A stretch of 36,954 nucleotides of DNA, from the NCBI GenBank assembly GCA_049613705.1, contig JBMZCU010000001.1, positions 1 to 36,954 of the forward strand, given 5' to 3'. Position 1 is the stretch's first letter. Each line of letters opens with the position of its first letter. The notes under the pieces were generated by a model. The model was given only the letters and a program-made list of their open reading frames with translations, searched no databases and was not told the origin of the DNA. This stretch comes from Pseudomonadales bacterium (GTDB lineage: Bacteria > Pseudomonadota > Gammaproteobacteria > Pseudomonadales > Balneatricaceae). The position numbers and the translations under genes were made by a program. Below are positions 1 to 9,706 of this stretch, piece by piece.

Positions 1-138
1 TCAATGAGCATCAAGCGTCTTATGGACCTTGGTTGTTTCCGTGGAATTCGTCATCGTCGCAATCTTCCTGTCCGTGGACAGCGTAGTAAGACCAATGCGC
101 GTACGCGTAAAGGTCCGCGCAAGCCGATTCGTAAATAA
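1..138 (+). CDS. rpsM: 30S ribosomal protein S13, C-terminal part (5' truncated by window)
   Basis: Frame 1 reads [45 protein letters not shown], the conserved S13 C-terminus; directly upstream of rpsK. Confidence 0.97.
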   Translation, partial: SMSIKRLMDLGCFRGIRHRRNLPVRGQRSKTNARTRKGPRKPIRK

Positions 139-161
139 GTGTAAGCTAGGAATTTCCAATT

Positions 162-551
162 ATGGCTAAGCCAGGCAAAAGCACACGCAAAAAGGTTAAA
201 AAGCAAGTAGTAGATGGGCTAGCGCACATCCACGCTTCTTTTAACAACACAATTATTACCATTACTGATCGTCAAGGTAATGCACTTTCTTGGGCTACTT
301 CAGGTGGTTCAGGTTTCCGTGGTTCTCGTAAATCTACTCCGTTCGCTGCACAGGTTGCTGCTGAGCGTGCTGCTGAAGCAGCTAAAGAGTACGGTCTTAA
401 AAACGTTGAAGTTTTTGTAAATGGACCAGGACCAGGTCGTGAATCCGCAGTACGTGCACTGAATGGATGCGGCTACAAAATTACTAATATCACTGACGTG
501 ACACCGATTCCACACAATGGATGTCGTCCGTCTAAGAAACGTCGTGTATAA
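162..551 (+). CDS. rpsK: 30S ribosomal protein S11
   Basis: [40 protein letters not shown] motifs; alpha-operon position. Confidence 0.99.
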   Translation: MAKPGKSTRKKVKKQVVDGLAHIHASFNNTIITITDRQGNALSWATSGGSGFRGSRKSTPFAAQVAAERAAEAAKEYGLKNVEVFVNGPGPGRESAVRALNGCGYKITNITDVTPIPHNGCRPSKKRRV

Positions 552-566
552 ACTGGAGTCGATATA

Positions 567-1187
567 ATGGCTAGATATCTTGGACCAAAGTGCAAGCTGT
601 CCCGCCGTGAAGGTACAGATCTCTTCTTGAAGAGCGGTGTACGTGCACTGGACAGCAAGTGTAAAACTGAAGCTGCCCCGGGCATGCACGGCGCTCGTCG
701 TGGACGTCTGTCCGACTACGGTCTACAGCTTCGTGAAAAACAAAAAGTTCGTCGCATCTACGGCGTACTGGAAAAACAGTTCCGTAACTACTACAAGAAA
801 GCTGCATCGCTTAACGGTTCAACAGGTGAAAACTTGCTGCAACTGCTAGAGTGCCGCTTAGATAACGTAGTTTACCGTATGGGCTTCGGCAGCACTCGCT
901 CTGAAGCACGTCAGATCGTTTCACATCGCTCTGTCACTGTTAATGGACAAGTAGTAAATGTTGCTTCTTTCCAGGTGTCAGCTGGTGATGTGGTAGCAGT
1001 TCGTGAAAAAGCGAAGAATCAACTGCGTATTAAAAACGCATTGAACTTGGCTTCTCAGCGCAGTGTTGTTGAATGGCTAGAAGTTGACGCCAACAAAATG
1101 GAAGGTACTTTTAAAGCATCTCCAGAGCGTTCAGAGCTTTCAGCTGATATCAACGAACAGTTGATAGTCGAACTCTACTCTAAGTAA
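567..1187 (+). CDS. rpsD: 30S ribosomal protein S4
   Basis: [38 protein letters not shown]; GGAG RBS. Confidence 0.99.
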   Translation: MARYLGPKCKLSRREGTDLFLKSGVRALDSKCKTEAAPGMHGARRGRLSDYGLQLREKQKVRRIYGVLEKQFRNYYKKAASLNGSTGENLLQLLECRLDNVVYRMGFGSTRSEARQIVSHRSVTVNGQVVNVASFQVSAGDVVAVREKAKNQLRIKNALNLASQRSVVEWLEVDANKMEGTFKASPERSELSADINEQLIVELYSK

Positions 1188-1213
1188 TTCATGAACTCTT
1201 GATTGGAGTAACT

Positions 1214-2218
1214 ATGCAGCGTTCTGTAAACGAGTTTCTAAGTCCACGTCACATTGACGTGAAGGAACTAAGCAATACACGTGCTCGCGTGACTTTAGAA
1301 CCACTAGAGCGCGGTTTTGGTCACACACTAGGTAACGCACTGCGTCGTATCTTGCTTTCTTCAATGCCCGGCTGTGCCGTGTCTGAAGTTGAGATCGAAG
1401 GTGTGCTACACGAATACAGCGCCCTTGAAGGTGTTCAGGAAGATGTCATTGAGATGCTCCTGAACCTGAAAGGTGTTGCAGTGCTTCTTCACAATGGTGA
1501 TGAAGCTACTCTGACTCTGTCTAAATCAGAGCCAGGTGTTGTGACTGCAGCCGACATTCAATTGAACCAAGACGTTGAAATCGCTAACCCGGATCACGTC
1601 ATCGCTCACTTGAACCATGGCGCAAGCTTGAACATGAAGTTGAAAATAACTCGTGGTCGTGGCTATGTTCCAGCTGACGCACGCGTCAGCGACGAAGATG
1701 AAACTCGTGCTATTGGCCGTCTTCAATTAGACGCATCTTATAGCCCGGTTCGCCGTGTTTCTTATGTGGCAGAGAGCGCTCGTGTCGAGCAGCGTACTGA
1801 CCTAGACAAGCTTATCATTGATATCGAGTCTAACGGTACCATCGATCCTGAAGAGTGTATCCGTCGCGCAGCAACTATTTTACAGCATCAGCTAGCTGTT
1901 TTCGTCGATCTTGAAGACGCTGCTGATCAAGCTAAGGAAGAGGCAAAAGAGCCGGAGATCGATCCAGTTCTTCTGCGCCCAGTTGACGACCTAGAGTTAA
2001 CTGTACGTTCTGCTAACTGCTTGAAAGCTGAACAGATTTACTACATCGGTGATCTGATTCAACGTACTGAAGTTGAGCTGCTTAAGACTCCTAACTTAGG
2101 TAAGAAGTCGCTGACAGAAATCAAAGACGTACTTGCATCTAAGGGCTTGTCTCTTAACATGCGTCTTGAGAACTGGCCACCGGCTAGCCTAAAGCACGAT
2201 GATAAACTAGCTTCTTAG
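1214..2218 (+). CDS. rpoA: RNA polymerase alpha subunit
   Basis: [23 protein letters not shown] and alpha-[27 protein letters not shown]; start moved to ATG 1214 behind GGAG RBS. Confidence 0.99.
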   Translation: MQRSVNEFLSPRHIDVKELSNTRARVTLEPLERGFGHTLGNALRRILLSSMPGCAVSEVEIEGVLHEYSALEGVQEDVIEMLLNLKGVAVLLHNGDEATLTLSKSEPGVVTAADIQLNQDVEIANPDHVIAHLNHGASLNMKLKITRGRGYVPADARVSDEDETRAIGRLQLDASYSPVRRVSYVAESARVEQRTDLDKLIIDIESNGTIDPEECIRRAATILQHQLAVFVDLEDAADQAKEEAKEPEIDPVLLRPVDDLELTVRSANCLKAEQIYYIGDLIQRTEVELLKTPNLGKKSLTEIKDVLASKGLSLNMRLENWPPASLKHDDKLAS

Positions 2219-2229
2219 AAGCTAGTTTA
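2203..2229. repeat. Perfect 13-bp inverted repeat spanning the rpoA stop codon
   Basis: TAAACTAGCTTCT-T-AGAAGCTAGTTTA read directly. Confidence 0.85.
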
Positions 2230-2255
2230 ACAATCAAGTTTGTAAGGATTTTATC

Positions 2256-2639
2256 ATGCGTCATCGTAAATCTGGCCGTCACCTTAACCGTGACAGCGCA
2301 CACCGTAAGGCGATGCTCAAAAACTTGGCAATCTCACTGTTCGAACACGAGTTGATTCGTACAACATTGCCAAAGGCGAAAGAACTTCGTCGTGTTGCTG
2401 AGCCGCTAATTACACTGTCAAAAGTAGACACTGTTGCTAACCGTCGTCTCGCTTTTGATCGCACTCGTAGCAAAGAAGCAGTTGGTAAGCTTTTCTCTGA
2501 ACTTGGTCCTCGTTTCGCCGAGCGTCCAGGTGGTTACATTCGCATTGTAAAATGCGGTAACCGTCCAGGTGATAATGCACCAATGGCTTATGTTGAGTTG
2601 CTGGATCGTCCAGTTGCTCAGGAAGAATCAGAAGACTAA
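2256..2639 (+). CDS. rplQ: 50S ribosomal protein L17
   Basis: [42 protein letters not shown]. Confidence 0.99.
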   Translation: MRHRKSGRHLNRDSAHRKAMLKNLAISLFEHELIRTTLPKAKELRRVAEPLITLSKVDTVANRRLAFDRTRSKEAVGKLFSELGPRFAERPGGYIRIVKCGNRPGDNAPMAYVELLDRPVAQEESED

Positions 2640-2657
2640 GCCCTTCTCTTTCTTTAT

Positions 2658-2687
2658 AAAAACCCAGCCCTCGTGCTGGGTTTTTTA
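2658..2687 (+). terminator. Intrinsic terminator of the alpha operon
   Basis: AAAAACCCAGC-CCTCGT-GCTGGGTTTTTT hairpin with U-tract just after rplQ. Confidence 0.9.
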
Positions 2688-2930
2688 TTGCCTGCTCTTC
2701 ATTTTCTAGCACATGATGCATTGTTCCTTTCCAAAGCTATTCTAAATTCATTTCTCTCAGAGCGTTTGTAGCCACTCTCCGTTTAAGTAGTCGTTGCTTC
2801 ATGCATTAATTTTATATGATAAGGCAGAGCTAGATTGTCTTTTATTAACACAGCTTAGCTCAAAGAAATTATCGGGCAGTTTGCCAAAACTTAACTAAAC
2901 TTAATGTGAGTTAACTTTTTTGGTGTACCT

Positions 2931-3659
2931 ATGTTGTTTATTGAAAGTTCACGATGGCGCTTGCTGTGTGGCATAACTTTGCTCTTAAGCTTGTTACATA
3001 GCAAAGCAACTATAGCTGCCGACTTAGAGTTCTTCGGCATCAAGGGGTCTGATACGCTCGAAACCAGTAATACAGTATTGAAGAGGGCATATGCTGAACT
3101 AGGATTGAGCTTCACTGTGCGCACCATGCCTGCAATGAGAGCGCTTGAGTATTCAAACATGGGCCGTTCAGACGGTGAGCTACACCGCATAGCGGGATTA
3201 TCAAAGCGTTATCCGAATTTGATTCAAGTCCCTACGGCGATCAACAAGTTTGAAGCGGTTGTACTCAGTACTGACAGCGATATTGAGGTCAATGGCTGGA
3301 AAAGTTTACAAGCTTACCGAATTGGCATTGTGCGCGGCATTAAATTTACCGAAGTAGGTACGCGCGGGATGAATACTTACACTGTTGACAATTATGATCA
3401 GCTGTTTGGTATTCTTAAAAAAGGCAAAGTTGATTTGATCATTTTAGCTCGTACCACTGCAACCAAGTTTCAAAAAACTCTGGGTGCAGAGGTAAGTATT
3501 ATAGAGCCGCCAGTGGCCAGCTATAACCTCTACCACTATCTTCATAAGAAGAATCACACATTAGTTCAACCCTTAGACATGGCTTTGAAAGACATGCAGC
3601 TAAAGGGTGAGATTGTGGAAGCACGAAAGGCTTTCTTAAAGGCCCAAGCCGCTCAATAA
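2931..3659 (+). CDS. Orphan periplasmic solute-binding protein (family 3 / PBP2-like)
   Basis: Signal-peptide-like N-terminus; patterns typical of family-3 SBPs (RALEYSNMGRSDGEL, W.SL..YRIGIVRG, L.KGKVD, LYHYLHKKN); no permease or ATPase adjacent. Confidence 0.75.
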   Translation: MLFIESSRWRLLCGITLLLSLLHSKATIAADLEFFGIKGSDTLETSNTVLKRAYAELGLSFTVRTMPAMRALEYSNMGRSDGELHRIAGLSKRYPNLIQVPTAINKFEAVVLSTDSDIEVNGWKSLQAYRIGIVRGIKFTEVGTRGMNTYTVDNYDQLFGILKKGKVDLIILARTTATKFQKTLGAEVSIIEPPVASYNLYHYLHKKNHTLVQPLDMALKDMQLKGEIVEARKAFLKAQAAQ

Positions 3660-3668
3660 GGAGCGGCT
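3647..3668. terminator. Hairpin between convergent SBP gene and uvrA
   Basis: AGCCGCTC-AATAAG-GAGCGGCT; no clear U-tract. Confidence 0.4.
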
Positions 3669-3677
3669 CGAAGCCGT

Positions 3678-6500
3678 TTATCCAAGCATAGGCTTCAAAA
3701 AACGACCTGTGTGGGAGTTCTCATTCTGTGCAAGTTCTTCAGGCGTACCAGTGCCGACAATCATTCCACCGCCAATGCCCCCTTCAGGACCTAAGTCGAT
3801 TAACCAGTCGGCGGTTTTAATAACATCCAAGTTGTGTTCTATGATGACAATGGTGTTGCCGTGATCGCGCAGGCGAGTCATCACCTGTAAAAGCTGTTCA
3901 ATGTCATGAAAATGTAGGCCGGTCGTGGGTTCGTCAAGGATGTAGAGTGTTTTTCCGGTATCCCTTTTAGAGAGTTCTTTTGCCAGTTTAACGCGTTGCG
4001 CCTCGCCCCCAGAGAGCGTTGTCGCAGCTTGTCCTAGCTTGACATAACTTAAACCCACATCAATCAGTGTCTGGAGTTTTCTTGCCAGAGCAGGGATAGC
4101 ATCAAAGAAGTCTCTGGCGTCCTCAACGGTTAGGTCGAGGATTTCGTCAATGCCCTTACCCTTGTACTTAATTTCCAGTGTTTCGCGGTTATAGCGCTTT
4201 CCTTTACAAACATCACAGGGGACAAAGATATCTGCGAGGAAGTGCATTTCAACTTTGATCACACCGTCGCCTTGACAAGCCTCACAGCGACCACCTTTCA
4301 CATTAAAGCTAAAGCGTCCTGCTTTGTACCCCCTTGAACGCGCTTCCTGTGTCCCCGCGAGTAGTTCACGCACCGTAGTGAAAATTCCTGTGTAGGTAGC
4401 AGGGTTCGAGCGTGGAGTGCGTCCTATAGGGCTTTGATTGATGTCGATAACTTTATCGAAGTGTTGTAAGCCATCGATGGTTTTGTAAGGCGCAACATCG
4501 AGCGTTGTGGCTCGGTTTAGTTCAGTCGCTGCCAAAGGATACAAGGTATTGTTGATCAGCGTAGATTTACCTGAGCCAGAGACACCCGTGACACAGGTTA
4601 AAATGCCGAAGGGGATTTCCAGTGTTACATCTTTTAGGTTATTACCAGTAGCCCCTGTAATGCGTAGTGTTTTATCTGGATCTGCCTGGTGTCTTGTCTC
4701 AGGTACCGCTATAGCACGCGTGCCGTTCAAATATTGCCCTGTCAGGGAGTTGGGGTCGGCGATAACCTCTGCCGACGTCCCGGCAGAGACGATATTGCCG
4801 CCGTGAACACCCGCCCCCGGTCCGATATCTATTACATAATCGGCCTGACGTATGGCATCTTCATCGTGTTCCACAATGATAACTGTGTTACCAAGATCTC
4901 GAAGGTGGTTCAAGGTCTGTAACAGGCGTTCGTTATCTCGTTGGTGTAATCCGATTGATGGCTCGTCTAGGATATACATGACACCAACCAGTCCTGCACC
5001 AATTTGGCTTGCAAGACGTATGCGCTGCGCCTCGCCACCGGAGAGGGTGTCTGCTTTGCGGTCCATTGACAGGTAGTCCAAGCCAACATTGACGAGGAAT
5101 GACAGGCGTTGATGGATTTCGTTAACAATTTTCTCAGCTATTTTGCCCTGCTTACCTGGTAACTCAAGCGCACAGTAATACTGATAGGCTTCACCAATTG
5201 GCATTGTGACAATTTCTGGCAGTGTTTTGCCATCGACATAGACGTGTCGAGCATCGCGGCGCAGTCTTGAACCGTCGCAACTCGGACAGGCCTGCATATT
5301 TAAGTACTTAGCTAGATCCTCGCGCACCATGTCCGATTCGGTTTCTCGGTAGCGGCGCTCAAGGTTGTTTAAGACGCCCTCAAATGGGTGCATCCGCTCG
5401 ATTGCATCACCGCGATCATTGACGTAGCGAAATGCCACAGATTCCTTACCTGTGCCTTTCAAAATTAGCTTTTGGTGTTTAGCGTCGAGCTTTTTAAATG
5501 GTGTGTCTATATCGAAGCCGTAGTGGTTGGCTACCGCACTGAGTTGCTGGAAATAGTACATAGTGCGTCTATCCCAGCCGCGAATGGCACCTTCAGATAG
5601 GGTCAGTGAGTCGTCTTGCACAATCTTGGCAGGGTCAAAATACTGTTTCATCCCTAGTCCATCACAGCTTGAGCATGCGCCGTGTGGGTTGTTAAACGAG
5701 AACAGGCGCGGCTCAAGTTCTTGAATGCTATGACCGCATTGCGGACAGGCAAAGCGCGCAGAAAATACAATATCGGCGGCATCACCATCCATGTATGCAA
5801 TACGTGCAATACCATCCGTGAGGGCCAGCGCCGTTTCAAATGATTCTGCAAGGCGGATTTGTAAATCATCACGCACTTTGAAGCGATCGACTACGATTTC
5901 GATACTGTGCTTCTTGTTTTTATCAAGCGCCGGCGTCTCGTCCAGATCAACGACAATACCGTCAATACGTGCACGGACAAAACCTTGGCTGCGCATCTCA
6001 CTGAGAGTATGTAAGTGCTCACCTTTACGGTCTTGTACTACAGGGGCGAGCATCATTAACTTGGACCCTTCAGGCAGCGCCATCACCTGGTCAACCATCT
6101 GACTTACGGTTTGTGCGGCCAGTGGCAGGTCGTGATCTGGACAGCGCGGTTCACCGGCGCGGGCATAGAGTAAACGCAGATAGTCATAGATTTCTGTGAT
6201 GGTGCCGACGGTTGAGCGTGGGTTGTGGCTGGTTGACTTTTGCTCGATTGAAATGGCTGGCGACAACCCTTCGATATGATCGATATCTGGCTTTTCCATC
6301 ATGGAGAGGAATTGTCTAGCATAGGTCGAGAGCGATTCAACATAGCGCCGCTGACCCTCTGCATAGAGAGTATCGAACGCTAGCGAGGATTTACCCGACC
6401 CGGATAGCCCTGTAATCACGACAAGCTTATCTCGAGGAATATCAACATCGATATTCTTTAAGTTATGGGTGCGGGCCCCGCGTACTAAGATAGTGTCCAT
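3678..6500 (-). CDS. uvrA: Excinuclease ABC subunit A
   Basis: 940 aa; two Walker A motifs ([16 protein letters not shown]), two LSGGEAQR signatures, CxxC zinc fingers. Confidence 0.99.
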   Translation of the reverse strand: MDTILVRGARTHNLKNIDVDIPRDKLVVITGLSGSGKSSLAFDTLYAEGQRRYVESLSTYARQFLSMMEKPDIDHIEGLSPAISIEQKSTSHNPRSTVGTITEIYDYLRLLYARAGEPRCPDHDLPLAAQTVSQMVDQVMALPEGSKLMMLAPVVQDRKGEHLHTLSEMRSQGFVRARIDGIVVDLDETPALDKNKKHSIEIVVDRFKVRDDLQIRLAESFETALALTDGIARIAYMDGDAADIVFSARFACPQCGHSIQELEPRLFSFNNPHGACSSCDGLGMKQYFDPAKIVQDDSLTLSEGAIRGWDRRTMYYFQQLSAVANHYGFDIDTPFKKLDAKHQKLILKGTGKESVAFRYVNDRGDAIERMHPFEGVLNNLERRYRETESDMVREDLAKYLNMQACPSCDGSRLRRDARHVYVDGKTLPEIVTMPIGEAYQYYCALELPGKQGKIAEKIVNEIHQRLSFLVNVGLDYLSMDRKADTLSGGEAQRIRLASQIGAGLVGVMYILDEPSIGLHQRDNERLLQTLNHLRDLGNTVIIVEHDEDAIRQADYVIDIGPGAGVHGGNIVSAGTSAEVIADPNSLTGQYLNGTRAIAVPETRHQADPDKTLRITGATGNNLKDVTLEIPFGILTCVTGVSGSGKSTLINNTLYPLAATELNRATTLDVAPYKTIDGLQHFDKVIDINQSPIGRTPRSNPATYTGIFTTVRELLAGTQEARSRGYKAGRFSFNVKGGRCEACQGDGVIKVEMHFLADIFVPCDVCKGKRYNRETLEIKYKGKGIDEILDLTVEDARDFFDAIPALARKLQTLIDVGLSYVKLGQAATTLSGGEAQRVKLAKELSKRDTGKTLYILDEPTTGLHFHDIEQLLQVMTRLRDHGNTIVIIEHNLDVIKTADWLIDLGPEGGIGGGMIVGTGTPEELAQNENSHTGRFLKPMLG

Positions 6501-6542
6501 GCTCTCTCCACTAGATTTTGCTCAGATAAAAGTCAATGCGGC

Positions 6543-6548
6543 ATTATA
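6543..6548 (-). promoter_or_regulatory. Sigma70 -10 box for uvrA
   Basis: Perfect TATAAT on the minus strand 43 bp upstream of the uvrA start; the LexA box overlaps the expected -35 position. Confidence 0.65.
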
Positions 6549-6568
6549 GTGCAAGCGCAATACAATTA

Positions 6569-6584
6569 CTGGTTATTTTTACAG
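6569..6584. promoter_or_regulatory. LexA (SOS) box upstream of uvrA
   Basis: CTGGTTATTTTTACAG = CTG-N10-CAG; minus strand with flanks reads AACTGTAAAAATAACCAGTA, close to the gammaproteobacterial consensus TACTGTATATATATACAGTA. Confidence 0.85.
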
Positions 6585-6758
6585 TTATTTGCCCTGTAAC
6601 TGATTGGCTTTAGGGTAATTCAAACGCGTGTATTAATTTATGTTTTTGTTACTCACGGCGGATACTTTTGTGATAACTCCTAGCCACAATTAGCTCTTCA
6701 CACACAAGCGACCACTGCTGAGCCGTTCTAGGTTGTCGTCGTAGTCAAGGAGAGCGAT

Positions 6759-8378
6759 ATGTCTTTACATACTTCCACCGTCGATTATCAGATAGCACAG
6801 GGCTTCAGCCCTAATGATGAAACCGCAAGTAATCCACTGGAGCACCTGTCGGCCAAGGACAAGGAGTTATTTGAGCGCTTTGGTTGGGGGGCAACCGTAG
6901 TACCGCGGCACAATTTGATTCACTTAGGGTTTGAACACTATGTCGCCGAACAGCCACAGAGCATTGCTATTATTACTGACTGCGGCCGGCAGTGTAGTTA
7001 TGCCGACTTGCAGCAGCGCATCAATTTTTTAGCTCAACACCTGCACCAGCAAGGCATTTCTGCTGGTGACAGTGTCTGTCTTTACATGCATCGCGGTATT
7101 GAGTTGGTCGCAGCGATTTTTGCTTGTTTAAAACTGGGGGCTAGCTATGTGCCACAGGATATGCAGGTCTGCCCACAGCAGCAGCGTTCAGTGATTGCCC
7201 AGGTGGTCAAAGCAAAATCTGTCTTAACGACAAGCGAATATGTCGAGATGCTTGAAAGCGACTTTCCCGGTCAGCTGCTCGCGGTAGATAGCCTTCTAGA
7301 ATCTATGCCGCACAAGGTTATAGCGACGACTTTCGAAGACGTAGTGGATAGTTCAGATACCGCAGTTGTGATTTTTACCTCGGGTACCACAGGTACCCCA
7401 AACGGTGTGCAGGTAAGCCATCGCAATCTTTGTAACATCCTTCTCACATCGCCTGGTGATTTATCAATTGCGCCAGGGGATGTTGTCACTCAGTTACTCA
7501 ATATCGCGTTTGATATGGCTGCCTGGGAAATTCTCGGTGCGCTTTGTAATGGCGCCACACTCTATATCCGAGGCGATGATATTCAGCGTGCAGCAGAGCA
7601 GGCAAGTGTGATCATAGCAACACCGAGCGTACTGTCGCGGATAGCTCCCGAGCGTTGTTCGCGCATTCGAGTAGTGGCTGTCGCCGGGGAGCCTTGCCCG
7701 CTACCGTTGGCACAGCGCTGGTCTTCACAGTGTACTTTTTACAACAGTTGTGGACCGACAGAAACGACGATCATCAATACAGCTGCTACATACACGCACA
7801 GCGATCCCGTCTTAAGTATTGGTGCGCCGACACCGAACAATACAGTCTATGTACTCAACGACGTGCACCAGCCGTGTGCCATAGGCGAGGTCGGTGAAAT
7901 GTGGGCAGGCGGTGACTGTGTGACTAAGGGGTATATCAATAACGCGGCGCTGACCAATGAGCGCTATAGACCTGACCCATTTATTCCTGGGCGCACCATG
8001 TTTCGCACCCGTGATCTAGGACGCTGGTGCAACAATGGAGAATTAGAACACTTAGGTCGGGTCGACGATCAAGTTAAAATCCGCGGCTTTCGCGTCGAAC
8101 TTGACGCGGTCTCAGCGGTGCTTGAACGCACCCAAGGATGCCATCAAGCAGTTGCACTCAAATTTAATAACCGCCATTTAGTCGCTTTTGTAAGTCCAGC
8201 GAATGTCGATATACAGTGTGCGAGGGAGAGTATTGCCAAGGCGCTCCCCTATTACTGCCAACCGTTGTTTATTTTGTCTGCTAAGAGTTTTCCACAGACC
8301 ATTAGAGGTAAGTTAGATAAGCGTGCCCTGTTGCAGTGGGCCTGTCAGTACCAACGTGAGCAGGAGCTTCAGGCATGA
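6759..8378 (+). CDS. Stand-alone NRPS-type adenylation (AMP-binding) enzyme without carrier domain
   Basis: Core motifs A3 FTSGTTGTPNG, A4 FDMA, A5 NSCGPTE, A6 GEMWAGG..VTKGY, A7 FRTRDLG, A8 GRVDDQVKIRGFRVEL, A10 GKLDK; protein ends right after A10 with no T domain; AGGAG RBS. Confidence 0.88.
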   Translation: MSLHTSTVDYQIAQGFSPNDETASNPLEHLSAKDKELFERFGWGATVVPRHNLIHLGFEHYVAEQPQSIAIITDCGRQCSYADLQQRINFLAQHLHQQGISAGDSVCLYMHRGIELVAAIFACLKLGASYVPQDMQVCPQQQRSVIAQVVKAKSVLTTSEYVEMLESDFPGQLLAVDSLLESMPHKVIATTFEDVVDSSDTAVVIFTSGTTGTPNGVQVSHRNLCNILLTSPGDLSIAPGDVVTQLLNIAFDMAAWEILGALCNGATLYIRGDDIQRAAEQASVIIATPSVLSRIAPERCSRIRVVAVAGEPCPLPLAQRWSSQCTFYNSCGPTETTIINTAATYTHSDPVLSIGAPTPNNTVYVLNDVHQPCAIGEVGEMWAGGDCVTKGYINNAALTNERYRPDPFIPGRTMFRTRDLGRWCNNGELEHLGRVDDQVKIRGFRVELDAVSAVLERTQGCHQAVALKFNNRHLVAFVSPANVDIQCARESIAKALPYYCQPLFILSAKSFPQTIRGKLDKRALLQWACQYQREQELQA

Positions 8379-9706
8379 GTAGTTCACAAGTAGAAGTAAG
8401 CCTCCCGGCACCACGTAAGGGGTTGAAATCAAAAATAAAACAGCCTCGCTATATGCATTACAATCGATTGATTGGACTGGTGTTTGCTGTCAATGCAGGC
8501 GTGCTTTTCCAAGCTTATCAGCAGGGGCAGTTTCTGAATTTGCAAGCACTGCAGTATTTCATTGCCGATATGAGCTTGTACAACTTGGTACTGGCTGTGT
8601 TGGTTCGCCAGCAATATGTGATCAATGCCTTTTTCTGGCTGGCAACTAGGGCTCCAACCAGCTGGCCGCTGACAATTCGCTGGACGCTGGGGAAGGTGTA
8701 TCACTACGGAGGGTTACATAAAGGAGGTGCCATTGCAGGGACTTTGTGGTTTCTCGCTTTTGCATTGTTAGCTGGTTATATGCAGTACTTTGAACACAGT
8801 ACTCTCAGTGGATTGAGCACAGGTCTTAGCTATGGGATAGCGTTCTTGCTGCTGACGATCACTGGATTTGCACATAAACAAATACGCGCCAAATACCACG
8901 ATATGTTTGAGCGCTCGCACCGCTTTGGTGGCTGGTTGGCGCTGGTGTTGTTTTGGGCGTTAACGGTCAGCTTGCAAGCAGAGCGCGTAAACGGGCCATT
9001 ATTGGATGGCTTAATACACAGCGCTAATTTTTGGCTCCTAACGCTGTTAAGTGCCAGTATCGCGCTACCTTGGCTGCGTTTACGACGCGTGCGCGTAGAG
9101 ATTGATACTCCCTCCAACCACGTAGCGATTGCGAAGTTTGATCACGGTGTGACACCGTTTGCAGGCTCTTCTACGGCAATAAGTTTAAATCCGTTGACCG
9201 AATGGCACCACTTCGCCAATGCCCCTTCTCCCGATAGCCAAGGTTTTAGGTTGGTGATCTCACGAGCAGGTGACTGGACTGGCCGTTTTATCGATAAGCC
9301 GCCAAGTCATGTCTGGGTCAAGGGGATTTCTCAGGCGGGCGTTGCCTACATTGAGGTGCTGTTTAAAAAAGTTGTCTATGTGGCAACAGGCAGTGGCATT
9401 GGGCCGGTGCTGCCGCACCTGCTGGCGCAAAAAGTACCAATAAAGTTGATTTGGTCAACCCGCAACCCGCGCAAGACTTATGGCGATGCGTTGGTCGATG
9501 AAATACTCAGTGTGCAGCCCGATACCTTGATTTGGGACACAGATGCCAGCGGCAAGCCAAATTTAGCCGAATTGGCTTATCGTGCAAGCCGTCAGTTTGA
9601 CGCTGAGGCGGTGATTTGTATTTCAAATGAAAAACTAACTTGGCAAGTCGTATGTGCAATGGAGACCCGCGGGATTCCAGCCTACGGCGCAATATGGGAT
9701 TCCTGA
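8375..9706 (+). CDS. Multi-pass membrane protein with C-terminal FNR-type FAD/NAD(P)H-binding module (ferric reductase/NOX superfamily-like)
   Basis: About six hydrophobic segments with His-containing stretches (YHYGGLHKGG, YHDMFERSHRFGGW), then EWHHFA (cf. HPFT), AGDWT, and VATGSGIGP NAD(P)H-binding loop; ATGA overlap with upstream gene. Confidence 0.75.
   Translation: MSSSQVEVSLPAPRKGLKSKIKQPRYMHYNRLIGLVFAVNAGVLFQAYQQGQFLNLQALQYFIADMSLYNLVLAVLVRQQYVINAFFWLATRAPTSWPLTIRWTLGKVYHYGGLHKGGAIAGTLWFLAFALLAGYMQYFEHSTLSGLSTGLSYGIAFLLLTITGFAHKQIRAKYHDMFERSHRFGGWLALVLFWALTVSLQAERVNGPLLDGLIHSANFWLLTLLSASIALPWLRLRRVRVEIDTPSNHVAIAKFDHGVTPFAGSSTAISLNPLTEWHHFANAPSPDSQGFRLVISRAGDWTGRFIDKPPSHVWVKGISQAGVAYIEVLFKKVVYVATGSGIGPVLPHLLAQKVPIKLIWSTRNPRKTYGDALVDEILSVQPDTLIWDTDASGKPNLAELAYRASRQFDAEAVICISNEKLTWQVVCAMETRGIPAYGAIWDS

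Noticed and set aside
309-2721. Several antisense or alternate-frame ORFs over rpsK, rpsD, rpoA and rplQ
   Set aside because: Shadow ORFs of highly conserved genes with no recognisable motifs.
9640-9705. 22-aa N-terminal extension of the crotonase from TTG 9640
   Set aside because: ATG 9706 in a TGATG overlap gives a normal 256-aa crotonase.
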